From the NCBI GenBank assembly GCA_963723515.1, contig CAVRQT010000003.1, positions 736,001 through 800,000 on the forward strand: a stretch of DNA of 64,000 nt, in the 5' to 3' direction. This document shows, in pieces, positions 11,431 to 21,811 of this stretch. This DNA comes from Vulcanimicrobiota bacterium (GTDB lineage: Bacteria; Vulcanimicrobiota; Vulcanimicrobiia; Vulcanimicrobiales; Vulcanimicrobiaceae). How positions within the stretch are numbered: the stretch's first letter is position 1; each line of letters opens with the position of its first letter. Position numbers and translations under genes: made by a program. The notes under the pieces were generated by a model that saw nothing but the letters and a program-made list of their open reading frames with translations, had not been told where the DNA came from and ran no database searches.

Positions 11431-12606
11431 CTACCCGGCGCCCGCCGACTTAAAGCTAGGCAAACGCCAGATCCAGGCGCTCCCGATAACGACCTCGACG
11501 GCCGCCATCCCAAGCGCGTACAGCGGTGCATGAACACTTGGCGGCCTCACCACCAGCAAAACACCGGTTGCGAGAGCCGGCGCAACGATCTGCGAACCCG
11601 CCACCGCAATGTTCCAAACACCCATTGCGGTTGCCATCGCGCTCCGCGGTAAAATCGCGCAACCCAAAGCCCAATCGGCGGTCAAGAAAGCGCCCCACCC
11701 GAGACCCGCAAAAGCAGCAGTTACAAAGAGCGCGTGCGCATCGCGCAGCACGATAAAGATAATGAGCGCGGCCGTCAAGAGCGCGGTGCCGGCATTGACG
11801 ATCAATCTGCGGTCAAAACGATCCGCCGGTCGCCCCGAAAGAGCGGCGCCTAACGCAGCAGCAACCGTGAAAATCAAAATGACGACACCGGTCGTCCTTG
11901 CGGCCGTTGCGATCTGTAACGTATCCCGGATGTAAAAGAACATGTAACCCAAGATCGTGTAGAAGCCAATCCAAAGAATCGCGCGCGAGATGAAGAGATC
12001 GACCGCCGACGTCGGAACGTTCACTTTGCCGGATTCGATTGCGCGCGGATAAATTTCCGTCATATGAACGATGGTGACGAGCGCACCGCCGGCCAAGAAC
12101 AGTGCCAGAACGATTGCAACGCCCAACGGCGTCGCGATTAGTGTTGCAGCCAGCGCCCCGCAGGCGTTGCCTCCACTCTGGAACGCGGCCATCCATGACG
12201 AAGCCACGCCGGTGTCTCGCGATGAAAAGTAGTCCGGTATAATCGCTTGGTAGGGTCCAATCGCGATGTTCACGCCAAATTGCAGGAAGATCATCGCCCC
12301 AATAAGCGCGCCGAACGTGGGCGCGAGATAGAATGCAAGAACGCCGAGAATCCCGCACAAGGTGCCGACCACCAAGAACGGGCGCCGGTCGCCGCCTGCA
12401 TGGCGCCGGCGATCGGAGATGATTCCGACGAAAACCTGAACGAGCATCGCCGTGAGCGCACCCGCAGTCGCGATCTGCCCGTAGGCAATGAGCGTATCGT
12501 GTGGATGCAGCGCGCTGCTGCGAGCCTGTAATGAGATCCCCAGCAGCGCGCCCCAGAGTGCCTGAACGCCGAACCAAAGCGCCGCCAGTCGCGCCGCGCT
12601 AACCAT
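11431..12606 (-). CDS. MFS transporter
   Basis: About 12 hydrophobic segments; motif-A-like GIISDRRR and GRPADRFDRR. Confidence 0.9.
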   Translation of the reverse strand: MVSAARLAALWFGVQALWGALLGISLQARSSALHPHDTLIAYGQIATAGALTAMLVQVFVGIISDRRRHAGGDRRPFLVVGTLCGILGVLAFYLAPTFGALIGAMIFLQFGVNIAIGPYQAIIPDYFSSRDTGVASSWMAAFQSGGNACGALAATLIATPLGVAIVLALFLAGGALVTIVHMTEIYPRAIESGKVNVPTSAVDLFISRAILWIGFYTILGYMFFYIRDTLQIATAARTTGVVILIFTVAAALGAALSGRPADRFDRRLIVNAGTALLTAALIIFIVLRDAHALFVTAAFAGLGWGAFLTADWALGCAILPRSAMATAMGVWNIAVAGSQIVAPALATGVLLVVRPPSVHAPLYALGMAAVEVVIGSAWIWRLPSFKSAGAG

Positions 12607-13325
12607 GGCGGCAGGCGTACAGATAGTCATCTAAATCGTCGACATCATAGCAAAGCTCCGGCGCGCAATCTCGAATCGCGCGCGTCGGGAAAACCGAGTA
12701 CGCTTGCTGCTCGGCGCTCGATGTCGGCGATTTGCAAGCGCCGAAGCGCGAACTTGAGCAGCAGGGTGGGGCCGAGCAACATTGCCATGCGCAGCAGGCT
12801 TTTTCGCGCATTGAAGAAGCGTTCGACGACGATTGAAATCCTTGCGGCGGCACCGGCGGGCAGCGTGAAGACGGAGCCGTTTGCAACGCGCTCATGCCCG
12901 ATAACGGTTGCATGCGCCGGTGCATCTGGGAAGCGGCCTTCATATGCGCCGGCATCAGCAATCGGCATCGCGATTGCTCCAGCGGGGACGCGATCCAGAA
13001 AATTTCGAAGCGTGGGGGCGCTGATGAACGGCAGGTCGCTGCTTAAATAGACGACGTCTCCGTCGAATGCCCGAAGCGCGTTGCGCACGTTTTCCGCGCC
13101 GCTAACGCTTTCGGGAATGACGCGATCGGCAAGATAGCCACATTTTTCGCGCGCTTCCTCGCCGCAAACGATTGCGATTTTCCGTGCGCCGGCACCGCGG
13201 GCCGCATCGATCGCGCGCTGCAGCATCGTGCTTCCATTGACGACGGCGAGCGCTTTGACCGTCGTCCCGATCCGCTCACAAAGCGGCGGGCCGACGCGGC
13301 CGCCGGCTGTGATGACGGCGTCCAG
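12599..13325 (-). CDS. MobA-like NTP transferase family protein (CTG start; frameshift near 12690)
   Basis: Frame extends upstream of the tracked ATG to CTG-DAVITAGG...KAL; SSDLPFI; alternate frame gives the family-like C-terminus PELCYDVDDLDDY. Confidence 0.8.
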
Positions 13326-13331
13326 TCGCCG

Positions 13332-13715
13332 TTACTTCTTGGCGAGCGCTTTCTTTTTGTTGCCGACCGTCTTCTTTGGACCCTTACGAGTTCGGCTATT
13401 TGTCTTGGTCCTCTGGCCGCGCACTGGAAGTCCGCGGCGATGGCGCAGGCCGCGATACGAACCGATGTCGCTCAGTCGCTTGATGTGTCCGCTGACCTCA
13501 CGTCGCAGATCGCCCTCGACGCGCAACCGCCCGTCGATCGCATCCCGCAGCTTCTTCTCATCTTCTTCACTGAGATTCTTGACGCGAACGTTCGGATCGA
13601 CGCCCGTTTGCGCGAGCAACTTCTGGGCCGTTGAGGGGCCGATGCCGTAGATGTAGGTCAGCCCGATCTCGATGCGCTTTTCGCGCGGCAAATCGATCCC
13701 CGCGATGCGCGCCAT
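13332..13715 (-). CDS. rpsM: 30S ribosomal protein S13
   Basis: [30 protein letters not shown]. Confidence 0.99.
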   Translation of the reverse strand: MARIAGIDLPREKRIEIGLTYIYGIGPSTAQKLLAQTGVDPNVRVKNLSEEDEKKLRDAIDGRLRVEGDLRREVSGHIKRLSDIGSYRGLRHRRGLPVRGQRTKTNSRTRKGPKKTVGNKKKALAKK

Positions 13716-13831
13716 CAGCCCTGCACCTGCTTATGCTTAGGATTGGACTCGCAAATCACGCGCACTTTGCCTTCGCGGCGAATGATCTTACATTTCTCGC
13801 AAATCTTCTTCACTGACGGTCTGACTTTCAT
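13715..13831 (-). CDS. rpmJ: 50S ribosomal protein L36, 38 aa (not in ORF track)
   Basis: Hand translation [43 protein letters not shown] overlap with rpsM. Confidence 0.98.
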   Translation of the reverse strand: MKVRPSVKKICEKCKIIRREGKVRVICESNPKHKQVQG

Positions 13832-13868
13832 GTTTTTATCCTATTCACGCAATTTAGTTTCCCGACTT

Positions 13869-13890
13869 TGTCACCCTGAGCTTGTCGAAG
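13869..13890. repeat. Dispersed REP-like repeat, copy 2 (infA-rpmJ spacer)
   Basis: TGTCACCCTGAGCTTGTCGAAG. Confidence 0.75.
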
Positions 13891-13896
13891 GGGCGC

Positions 13897-14188
13897 TTAC
13901 TTATATCGATACGTTATCCGGCCGTGCGTCTAAATCGTACGGCGAGAGTTCCACGAGTACCCGGTCGCCCGGCAGAATCCGAATAAAATGCATTCGGATC
14001 TTTCCGGATACGTGCGCCAGCACCCGATGCCCGTTTCCCAATTCGACGCGGAACATCGCGTTGGGCAACGGTTCGACGATCGTGCCCTCAACCTCGATCG
14101 CCTCTTCCTTTGGTGTCGCCGTTACGGCGGCACGATCCGCCTTCTTCGTTCGCCGCTCCGGCCGAGTGCGGTTATGACCGCGCGCCAC
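13897..14188 (-). CDS. infA: Translation initiation factor IF-1 with N-terminal extension (1-nt insertion near 13930)
   Basis: KEEAIEVEG...[10 protein letters not shown]...ELSPYDL; removing one base restores [14 protein letters not shown]. Confidence 0.96.
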
Positions 14189-14201
14189 TACGGAACCAAA
14201 C

Positions 14202-14999
14202 TCAGGCTGCTACCCCGGGCGCATAGTCGTAGGCTTCCGGACGTTCGCCCACATCGCGTAACGTGAGAATCTTCGGACCGGTTTCGGTGATCGCAACCGT
14301 ATGCTCAAAGTGCGCTGCGAGTCTACCATCTGCGGTCACGACTGTCCACCCGTCGCGGAGTGTTTCAACCGCGTAGTCGCCCTGGGTGATCATCGGTTCA
14401 ATAGCGAGCACGAGCCCCGCTCGCAACTCGAGGCCGGTTCCGGCTCGGCCATAGTTGGGCACCTGCGGCTCCTCATGCATTCTCGTGCCGACCCCGTGTC
14501 CCACGAGCTCGCGAACCACGCCGTAACCATGCGATTCTGCGTGCGCTTGAACCGCCGCCCCGATGTCGCCTAAATGCTTACCAGGCCGCATGCAGGCGAT
14601 GCCGCGCATCAAGCACTCCTGAGTGACACGAAGCAAGCGTTGCGCCACTGAGCGAATCTGTCCGACGCCGACCGTCACTGCGCTATCACTGACATACCGT
14701 TCAAAAGTCGTTCCGATGTCGATTGAGAGCAGATCGCCGTCTTGCAGCACGTAACCGCTCGGAATGCCGTGCACGACTTCCTGATTGATCGACGTGCAGA
14801 TCGATGCCGGGAAGCCGTTGTAGCCCTTGAAGGTCGGAATGCCGCCCAGTTCGCGAATTTGCTGCTCCGCGAGAGCATCGAGTTCGAGCGTTGTGCGTCC
14901 CGGTTTGCATGCGTGAATCAAGTTCGAGAGGACGCGGGCCGTTATTTCGCCGCTGCGCCGCATCGTCTCAATCTCTCGGGCGGACTTGATCGTGATCAT
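14202..14999 (-). CDS. map: Type I methionine aminopeptidase
   Basis: [34 protein letters not shown]. Confidence 0.98.
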   Translation of the reverse strand: MITIKSAREIETMRRSGEITARVLSNLIHACKPGRTTLELDALAEQQIRELGGIPTFKGYNGFPASICTSINQEVVHGIPSGYVLQDGDLLSIDIGTTFERYVSDSAVTVGVGQIRSVAQRLLRVTQECLMRGIACMRPGKHLGDIGAAVQAHAESHGYGVVRELVGHGVGTRMHEEPQVPNYGRAGTGLELRAGLVLAIEPMITQGDYAVETLRDGWTVVTADGRLAAHFEHTVAITETGPKILTLRDVGERPEAYDYAPGVAA

Positions 15000-15652
15000 G
15001 GTGCGGCTTGTGCTTGTTTTGGCACAGCGACCTTGAGGATTTGTTGCATGACTTCATCGACCGGCCGCAAGGCATCGATTTGGACGAGCCGCCCCGTCTT
15101 CCGGTAGAAGGCGATCAAAGGCATCGTCTGCGCCTCATACACTTGAAGACGACGGATCACGGTTTCGGGCTGATCGTCATCGCGCTGAACGAGCGGGCCG
15201 CCGTCAACATCGTCGACGCCGCTAACACGTGGCGGATCGGTGATCGTGTTATAGGTACGACCGGTGCGCGGATTCGTCCAGCGCGAAGTCAAACGTGCGA
15301 TCAGCGTCTGCGGATCGGCAGCAAAGAGCACCGCTGCATCGAGTGCAAGGTGCTTTTGGGCAAGCAACTGGTCCAGCGCTTCGGCTTGTGCCACCGTTCG
15401 CGGGAAGCCGTCCATGATAAAGTTCGTGCCTTTCTCGAGCTCGGCTTCAATCATTTTGATGATCACCGCGTCCGGCACGAGGTCTCCGCGGTGCATGTAG
15501 CTTTCCGCGAGCTTTCCGAGTTGGGTTTGACGTTCTTGATTTTCGCGCAGAATGTCGCCGGTCGAAATTTGCCGTCCTCCAAAACGCTCGGCGAGCATAC
15601 GCGCTTGCGTACCCTTGCCCGCGCCGGGTGGACCCAGGAATACGAGCCGCAA
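14996..15652 (-). CDS. adk: Adenylate kinase (TTG start)
   Basis: GPPGAGKGTQA, DGFPRT, QRDDD. Confidence 0.98.
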   Translation of the reverse strand: MRLVFLGPPGAGKGTQARMLAERFGGRQISTGDILRENQERQTQLGKLAESYMHRGDLVPDAVIIKMIEAELEKGTNFIMDGFPRTVAQAEALDQLLAQKHLALDAAVLFAADPQTLIARLTSRWTNPRTGRTYNTITDPPRVSGVDDVDGGPLVQRDDDQPETVIRRLQVYEAQTMPLIAFYRKTGRLVQIDALRPVDEVMQQILKVAVPKQAQAAP

Positions 15653-15657
15653 CGTCC

Positions 15658-16950
15658 TTACCGCTTGATGAACCCGCGATAGTCGCGCATTGCCAGGCGT
15701 GCCTCGATCTGGGTCATCGTGTCCAGTGCTACGCCGACGACGATCAGTAGCGACGTCGAGCCGAGATAGAACGTCGTGATGCCGAGGCCGCGTTCAAGCG
15801 TCGTCGGCAGCACGGCGAGCAAGCCGAGATAGATGGCGGCAGCCGTCGTGATGCGCAAGAGAATGCGGTTCACGTAATCGACCGTCGGCTGTCCGGGGCG
15901 AATGCCGGGCACGAAGGAACCGCTCTTCTTCAGATTGTCCGCGATGTCACGCGTGTTGACGACGATAGCGCTGTAGAAGAACGTGAAAACCACGACGAGG
16001 ACAAAGTAGACCGCGTTGTACCAAAACGAGTTCGGGCTGAAGTAAGCGCCCAGAAAATTGGAGACGTTCGCGAGCGCGCCGGTCTGACCGCCGCGCGCAA
16101 ACCACGTTAACGCTTGTTGCGGGAGGAGCAGAATCGAAATCGCGAAGATGATTGAGATCACGCCGGCGTTGTTCAGGCGCAAGGGAATGTACGTTGAACG
16201 GCCCGCGAACATTTTGCGTCCAACGACGCGCCGCGCTTGTTGAACCGGAACGCGGCGCTGTCCCTGATAAAGGAAGATGATCGAGATGATCGTGATCAAC
16301 GCGATTGCGACGAAGACGATCAGATTGAAAGCGGAGATGCCTCCGCCGGCTGCCGAGGTGACCGTCTCTCTGACGTAGGTGGGATACCGAAGCACGATGC
16401 CGATGAAGATGATCAGCGATACGCCGTTGCCGATCCCGTGGTCTGAGATTTGTTCGCCGAGCCACATCAAGAACATCGTCCCCGCGACCATCGTCAAGAC
16501 GACGAAGAGCTGGAACGTTATCGTGTTGTCGTAGAAGACGCCGCCGGAGCTCATTGCCCTCGCCATCATCGTGCCTTGGATCAGAGCGAGCACAATCGTC
16601 AGCCAGCGCGTATATTGCCCGATCTTGCGGCGGCCTTCTTCACCGCCTTTCTTCGCCATTTCTTCGAGATTGGGCAAAACGACTGTCATCAATTGCATGA
16701 TGATCGATGCGTTGATGTAAGGCGTGATGCCCATCGCGATGACGGAGAGATGCTGCAGCGCGCCGCCGGAGAGAAAGCCGAGGAAGTTGTAAAACGTTCC
16801 GCTCTGCAGTTCGCGCTGCCACGCGGCCTCGTTCACGTTCGGAATCTGAACGTGAATCATAAAGACGAAGAGCGCGAATGCGCCGAAGACAAAGACAACC
16901 CGTTGCCGGATGTCTGGAACGAGCAACGCCGCGCGAAGGTTGTTGAGCAC
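15658..16950 (-). CDS. secY: Preprotein translocase SecY
   Basis: MGITPYINASII, GIGNGVSLIIF, FVPGIRPG, TSLLIVVGV. Confidence 0.99.
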   Translation of the reverse strand: MLNNLRAALLVPDIRQRVVFVFGAFALFVFMIHVQIPNVNEAAWQRELQSGTFYNFLGFLSGGALQHLSVIAMGITPYINASIIMQLMTVVLPNLEEMAKKGGEEGRRKIGQYTRWLTIVLALIQGTMMARAMSSGGVFYDNTITFQLFVVLTMVAGTMFLMWLGEQISDHGIGNGVSLIIFIGIVLRYPTYVRETVTSAAGGGISAFNLIVFVAIALITIISIIFLYQGQRRVPVQQARRVVGRKMFAGRSTYIPLRLNNAGVISIIFAISILLLPQQALTWFARGGQTGALANVSNFLGAYFSPNSFWYNAVYFVLVVVFTFFYSAIVVNTRDIADNLKKSGSFVPGIRPGQPTVDYVNRILLRITTAAAIYLGLLAVLPTTLERGLGITTFYLGSTSLLIVVGVALDTMTQIEARLAMRDYRGFIKR

Positions 16951-17604
16951 CTAGCCCTCTTCGAACTGGGCGCCGGCCGCTTTGAGCGCTTCCTTCGCGC
17001 TGTCGCTGAAAAGGATATCGCGAAAACGCAAGCCGTTCGGTAGCGTCTTTCCACTGCGCGACCGGCCTAGGATCTTGACGCCATCTTTAAAGCGCGAGAG
17101 TTTGCGCGCTACCTTCAATGTTTGCGGCGTCACCTCGACCGATGGATCCCAGTCGGTGAGATCGTGCAAATTCAAGACGGTGTACGTGGCTCGGAAATGT
17201 CCGATATCACGTGCCTTTTGCGAATATCCGCGACGGTGCGGTAAGCGCCGCTGCCAGGGCGTCTGGCCGCCTTCGAAGGCCGGCCCTTTGCCGCCGCCGG
17301 AACGAACCGTTTGGCCTTTGCCGCCTTCTCCGCCGGTCTTTACCATGCCCGACCCGTGCCCGCGCCCGACGCGCGTTCGCTTCGGTCGCGAACCAGGGGT
17401 TGGACGCAACATGCCGAGCGTCAAAACATTGCGCGCCGGTTGTGGGCTGGGCATGGCACGCTCTTTCTTTGGGACCGCTGCTTTGCGCGGCTCTTTAGCC
17501 GTCGTCAGCTTTCGAGCAGCAGTCTTCTTGGCGGGCGTCGCTTTTTTTGCGGGCGCTGCTTTTCTCGTTGTCGCCTTGCGCGTTGATTGTTTCTTGGCCG
17601 GCAT
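16951..17604 (-). CDS. rplO: 50S ribosomal protein L15 with Lys/Ala-rich N-terminal extension
   Basis: RVGRGHGSG, GGKGQTVRSG, FEGGQTPWQRRLP. Confidence 0.96.
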   Translation of the reverse strand: MPAKKQSTRKATTRKAAPAKKATPAKKTAARKLTTAKEPRKAAVPKKERAMPSPQPARNVLTLGMLRPTPGSRPKRTRVGRGHGSGMVKTGGEGGKGQTVRSGGGKGPAFEGGQTPWQRRLPHRRGYSQKARDIGHFRATYTVLNLHDLTDWDPSVEVTPQTLKVARKLSRFKDGVKILGRSRSGKTLPNGLRFRDILFSDSAKEALKAAGAQFEEG

Positions 17605-17617
17605 CGTTCGCTAGACC

Positions 17618-18124
17618 CTAAGCCGCAAAGATCTCGGCCGCGCTTTTTCCGCGCAGCTCGGCAACGCGCTCCACCGTCTTCAGGGATTTGAGCGCTTCAA
17701 CGGTTGCGTACACGACATTGATTGGGTTGCTCGTGCCGAGCGACTTGGTCAGGATGTCGTGGATTCCGGCAAGCTCGAGAACGGCACGCATCGCGCCGCC
17801 CGCGATGACACCGGTTCCGGGTGCCGCCGGCTTGAGCAACACGCGCGCCGCGCCAACTTGCTTGGTAATCTGATGCGGAATCGTCTTCTCCACCATCGGC
17901 ACGGTGATTAAGCTCTTGCGCGCGGATTCGACCGCTTTGCGTATCGCTTCCGGCACTTCGCCCGCTTTCCCGTTGGCGAAGCCCACGCGGCCTTTGCGAT
18001 CGCCGACAACGACGAGCGCGCTGAAACTGAAGCGCTTGCCGCCCTTGACCACTTTCGCGACGCGATTGACGCGCACGACCGTCTCTTCGAGTCCGCTGTT
18101 GTCCCGATCTCGTCTATATTGCAC
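17618..18124 (-). CDS. rpsE: 30S ribosomal protein S5
   Basis: [22 protein letters not shown]. Confidence 0.99.
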   Translation of the reverse strand: MQYRRDRDNSGLEETVVRVNRVAKVVKGGKRFSFSALVVVGDRKGRVGFANGKAGEVPEAIRKAVESARKSLITVPMVEKTIPHQITKQVGAARVLLKPAAPGTGVIAGGAMRAVLELAGIHDILTKSLGTSNPINVVYATVEALKSLKTVERVAELRGKSAAEIFAA

Positions 18125-18127
18125 TTA

Positions 18128-18490
18128 CTAAAACTCCAAGCCGGCTTCACGTGCCGCTTCCGCGAGCGCTTTGACACGCCCGTGATATTTCAAGCCGCCG
18201 CGATCGAAGACGACGGCGGTGATGCCGGCCTCCTTTGCCTTTTGCGCGATCGCGCTGCCGACTTTCTGCGCCGCTGCGAGGTTCGTTTTCGATTGCAGAC
18301 CGTCAGCAAGGTCGGATTGCAGCGTCGATGCCGCAAGGAGCGTATGTCCTTTGCTGTCGTCAATCATGGTTGCATAAATATGATGCAGCGTTCGCCGTAC
18401 GAGCAAACGCGGGCGTTGTGCCGACCCGGACAGGCCGCGTCGCAATCGCCGGTGGCGGCGCTTACGGGAGAACTCTCTAGATCCCGGCAT
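18128..18490 (-). CDS. rplR: 50S ribosomal protein L18
   Basis: [27 protein letters not shown]. Confidence 0.99.
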   Translation of the reverse strand: MPGSREFSRKRRHRRLRRGLSGSAQRPRLLVRRTLHHIYATMIDDSKGHTLLAASTLQSDLADGLQSKTNLAAAQKVGSAIAQKAKEAGITAVVFDRGGLKYHGRVKALAEAAREAGLEF

Positions 18491-19038
18491 TACTTCTTGC
18501 CTGCCTTACCGGCTTTACCGAGTTTCTTGCGGACCGCTTCGCCTTCGTAACGGATCCCTTTGCCTTTGTACGGCTCGGGTGGCCGCAAGCTGCGAATCTC
18601 CGCGGCGACCTGACCGACTTGCTGCTTATCGATGCCGTCAACGTGGATTCGGTTGGTTCCCTCGACCGTAAAGTTGACGCCTGACGGTCCGTCATAACGA
18701 ACCGGATGCGAGAAGCCGAGGGTAAGGTTCAGCTGATTGCCGCTCTTCGCAGCGCGATAGCCGACGCCTTGGATTTCAAGACTCTTGCGATAGCCTTTCG
18801 TCACGCCTTCGATCATGTTCGCGATCAGCGTACGCGTGAGCCCGTGCGCGGCTCGATGCGTCTTGTCGTTGCCGCGGCGCTCGACGGAGACTCTCCCGTC
18901 GTCAACGCGCACGGACACATGTTCAACGAAGTGCTGACGCAACTCGCCTTTGGGACCTTTGACGTGCACCTCGTTGTCGCGAACGTTCACGTTCACGCCT
19001 TCCGGCAAGCTGAGCGGCAGTTTTCCGATTCGACTCAT
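18490..19038 (-). CDS. rplF: 50S ribosomal protein L6
   Basis: [19 protein letters not shown]. Confidence 0.99.
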   Translation of the reverse strand: MSRIGKLPLSLPEGVNVNVRDNEVHVKGPKGELRQHFVEHVSVRVDDGRVSVERRGNDKTHRAAHGLTRTLIANMIEGVTKGYRKSLEIQGVGYRAAKSGNQLNLTLGFSHPVRYDGPSGVNFTVEGTNRIHVDGIDKQQVGQVAAEIRSLRPPEPYKGKGIRYEGEAVRKKLGKAGKAGKK

Positions 19039-19042
19039 GCGA

Positions 19043-19444
19043 TCACCATACGTAGGCGAGGACCTCGCCGCCGCAGCGTTCTTTCTTTGCCCGCTTGCCC
19101 GACATGATGCCGCGCGACGTCGAGAGGATGACGAGGCCTAATCCGCCGAGCACGCGTGGAATCTCCGTCTTGTTTGTATAGACGCGCAACCCCGGGCGCG
19201 AGATCCGCCGCAGTCCGGTAATGACTTTCTCTTTTTCGGGGCCATACTTGAGCGTGATGCGCAACGTGCCTTGCGGTCCGTCGTTCGTCCGCTCGAAATC
19301 GGTGATGAAGCCCTCTTCTTTGAGGATCTTTGCAACAGCTATCTTCGTTCGCGAGGCCGGCACGTCAACAATCGGATGATTGGCGGTATTCGCGTTGCGA
19401 ATCCGCGTCAGCAGATCGGCGATCGGATCGGTGATGACACCCAT
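19043..19444 (-). CDS. rpsH: 30S ribosomal protein S8
   Basis: [31 protein letters not shown]. Confidence 0.99.
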   Translation of the reverse strand: MGVITDPIADLLTRIRNANTANHPIVDVPASRTKIAVAKILKEEGFITDFERTNDGPQGTLRITLKYGPEKEKVITGLRRISRPGLRVYTNKTEIPRVLGGLGLVILSTSRGIMSGKRAKKERCGGEVLAYVW

Positions 19445-19459
19445 GCTACTGCCTTCCTC

Positions 19460-19645
19460 CTACCACGACGCCTTGAGGATGCCCGGAATGACGCCTTTAT
19501 GGGCGTTCTCACGAAAACAAATGCGGCAAAGGCCGAACTTCCGATAGTACCCGCGCGGCCGTCCGCAGAGCAGACAGCGATGATGCCCGCGTACCTTAAA
19601 CTTCGGCGTGCGCTTTGATTTCTCGATTAACGCGGTCTTAGCCAA
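19460..19645 (-). CDS. rpsN: 30S ribosomal protein S14, short zinc-binding type (TTG start)
   Basis: [10 protein letters not shown]...LCRICFRE...KASW, 61 aa. Confidence 0.98.
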   Translation of the reverse strand: MAKTALIEKSKRTPKFKVRGHHRCLLCGRPRGYYRKFGLCRICFRENAHKGVIPGILKASW

Positions 19646-20197
19646 CTATGCTCGCCCTTTCTGTAACGGCAATCCCATCGCGCTCAGAAACTCCGTCGCT
19701 TCCTCATCATTGCGAGCGGACGTGACGATGACGATGTCCATGCCGCGTGCCTTATCGACTTTATCGTAGTTGATCTCGGGAAAGACAAGCTGCTCGCGCA
19801 GGCCCAAATTGTAATTCCCGCGCCCATCGAACGACTTGCGTGCAAGCCCTCGGAAGTCACGAATGCGCGGCAGAACGATGTTGAAAAGCTTGTCCAAGAA
19901 CGTGTACATGCGCTCGCCGCGAAGCGTTACTTTCGCCCCGATGTTAGTGCCTTCACGCAACTTGAATGCCGCGATCGATTTCTTCGCCTTCGTGATGACG
20001 GCGCGCTGGCCGCTGATCGACTGCAGCTCTGAAGCCGCCGCCTCAAGCACTTTGGCGTTCTGAATCGCCTCCGAAACCGACATGTTGATGACGACTTTCT
20101 CGAGCTTCGGAACTTGATGCACGTTCTTGTAACCGAACTTCTCCTGCAATTGCTTGCAGACTTCGTTGCGATACTTCTCGTGTAAACGAGTTGCCAT
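19646..20197 (-). CDS. rplE: 50S ribosomal protein L5
   Basis: [17 protein letters not shown]. Confidence 0.99.
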   Translation of the reverse strand: MATRLHEKYRNEVCKQLQEKFGYKNVHQVPKLEKVVINMSVSEAIQNAKVLEAAASELQSISGQRAVITKAKKSIAAFKLREGTNIGAKVTLRGERMYTFLDKLFNIVLPRIRDFRGLARKSFDGRGNYNLGLREQLVFPEINYDKVDKARGMDIVIVTSARNDEEATEFLSAMGLPLQKGRA

Positions 20198-20544
20198 TAT
20201 GTCGCCTTGACGCTTTCACGCGCAGGCTCGCCACATTTGGCGCAAACGCGCTGTGAGCCGTTCGGCCCTTGGCGGTGACGCAATCTCGATGGCGTATTGC
20301 AGCGCGTGCAGACGTACATCAGCGCGGAAATCGGCAACGGAGCTTCCTTTTCCAGAATGCCCCCGGTTTGTGATGAGGCCATGCTGCCTTGTTTGGTCTG
20401 CTGCTTGGTGTGGCGCTTGACGACGTTGAGCCCCTCAACGGTCGCCATCCCTCGGCCGGGAAAGACGGCTTTGACGGTGCCGCGCCGGCCGCGTTCCTTG
20501 CCACGTCTGATGATGACGGGATCGCCTTTGACGAGGTTTGCCAT
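20197..20544 (-). CDS. rplX: 50S ribosomal protein L24 (C-terminal CxxC...CxxC)
   Basis: KOW region, [20 protein letters not shown]. Confidence 0.97.
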   Translation of the reverse strand: MANLVKGDPVIIRRGKERGRRGTVKAVFPGRGMATVEGLNVVKRHTKQQTKQGSMASSQTGGILEKEAPLPISALMYVCTRCNTPSRLRHRQGPNGSQRVCAKCGEPARESVKAT

Positions 20545-20546
20545 GA

Positions 20547-20924
20547 TTAGAGCACCTCAGGCGCAAGCGACGCGATTTTCAAGAAACCGCGTTCGCGCAA
20601 CTCGCGCATCACCGGTCCGAAGACGCGGGTCCCGCGCGGATCGAGATTGTCTTTCTCGCCTTTGATGATGACGCACGCGTTGTCGTCGCACTTGACCGTC
20701 GACCCGTCCGGACGGCGGATCGGCTTAGAGGTCCGTACGATGACGGCTTGCACAACCTGTCCTTTGCGCACAGCGGCGCCGGGAATCGCGCTCTTGACGG
20801 TGCCCGTGATGACGTCTCCGACGTGCGCGTACGGATGTCGGCTCCCGCCCTTCACGTGGATGCAAAGCAACTCGCGCGCGCCCGAGTTATCGGCCACCTT
20901 GAGCCGCGTCTCTTGCTGGATCAT
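20547..20924 (-). CDS. rplN: 50S ribosomal protein L14
   Basis: [16 protein letters not shown]...SLAPEVL. Confidence 0.99.
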   Translation of the reverse strand: MIQQETRLKVADNSGARELLCIHVKGGSRHPYAHVGDVITGTVKSAIPGAAVRKGQVVQAVIVRTSKPIRRPDGSTVKCDDNACVIIKGEKDNLDPRGTRVFGPVMRELRERGFLKIASLAPEVL

Positions 20925-21181
20925 CGCGCTTTCTCCACGATCTCGACCAAGCGCCAGCGCTTCTCGCGCGAAAGCGGCCGGCACTCCGCGATGCGCACGA
21001 CGTCGCCGATGTTCGCTTCATTGCGTTCATCGTGCGCCTTGAAGCGCGCGGACTTCCGCATGATCTTTCCGTAAACCGGATGCGGCACGCGCGTCTCCGC
21101 CACGACGACGATCGTCTTGTCCATCTTGTTGCTCGCGACGCGACCTTGCTTGATGCGCCTGCGGTTGATTCGTTGCTCCAT
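20921..21181 (-). CDS. rpsQ: 30S ribosomal protein S17
   Basis: [23 protein letters not shown]. Confidence 0.99.
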   Translation of the reverse strand: MEQRINRRRIKQGRVASNKMDKTIVVVAETRVPHPVYGKIMRKSARFKAHDERNEANIGDVVRIAECRPLSREKRWRLVEIVEKAR

Positions 21182-21182
21182 C

Positions 21183-21392
21183 TTAGGCGACGCCCTCGAG
21201 CCGCTTCTCGGAGATGACGGTGTGAATGACGGCGTAGGTCCGGCGCATCGCTCGCACTTTGCTGAAGTCGGAAAGGTGACCGGTGCGCAACGCAAAGCGC
21301 AGGTTGAAGAGTTCTTCTTTGGCTGCGCGAGCTCGTTGTTGCAATTCGGGCATCGTCAATTGACGCAGCTCCTTTAGCTCCGCGCGCTTCAT
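21183..21392 (-). CDS. rpmC: 50S ribosomal protein L29
   Basis: KEELFNLRF; position between rplP and rpsQ. Confidence 0.97.
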   Translation of the reverse strand: MKRAELKELRQLTMPELQQRARAAKEELFNLRFALRTGHLSDFSKVRAMRRTYAVIHTVISEKRLEGVA

Positions 21393-21808
21393 GCCTCAAC
21401 CTCAGACCGTGAAACGATCTTGGTGCCGATCGGCAATTTGGAAGCGGCCAACTGCAGCGCTTCCCGAGCGACGTCGTCCGTTACGCCGGATAACTCAAAG
21501 AGAATGCGGCCCGGGCGCACGACGGCGACCCAAAACTCTGGGTTGCCCTTACCGGAACCCATTCGAACCTCGGCCGGCTTCTTCGTGACGGATTTATCCG
21601 GAAAGACTTTGATCCAGACTTTGCCGCCGCGCTTGATGTGGCGCGTCAATGCGATACGAGCCGCTTCGATCTGACGGTTAGTCATCCAACACGGCTCAAG
21701 CGCCTGAAGGCCATACTCGCCGAAGTTTAATGTGCTTCCGCGGAACGATTTTCCGCGCATTCGGCCGCGGTGCACGCGGCGCCATTTCACACGTTTTGGC
21801 GTCAGCAT
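21389..21808 (-). CDS. rplP: 50S ribosomal protein L16
   Basis: [15 protein letters not shown]. Confidence 0.99.
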   Translation of the reverse strand: MLTPKRVKWRRVHRGRMRGKSFRGSTLNFGEYGLQALEPCWMTNRQIEAARIALTRHIKRGGKVWIKVFPDKSVTKKPAEVRMGSGKGNPEFWVAVVRPGRILFELSGVTDDVAREALQLAASKLPIGTKIVSRSEVEA

Positions 21809-21811
21809 CGC

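Noticed and set aside
15190..15290. Adenylate kinase LID lacking zinc cysteines
   Set aside because: A known Zn-free LID variant
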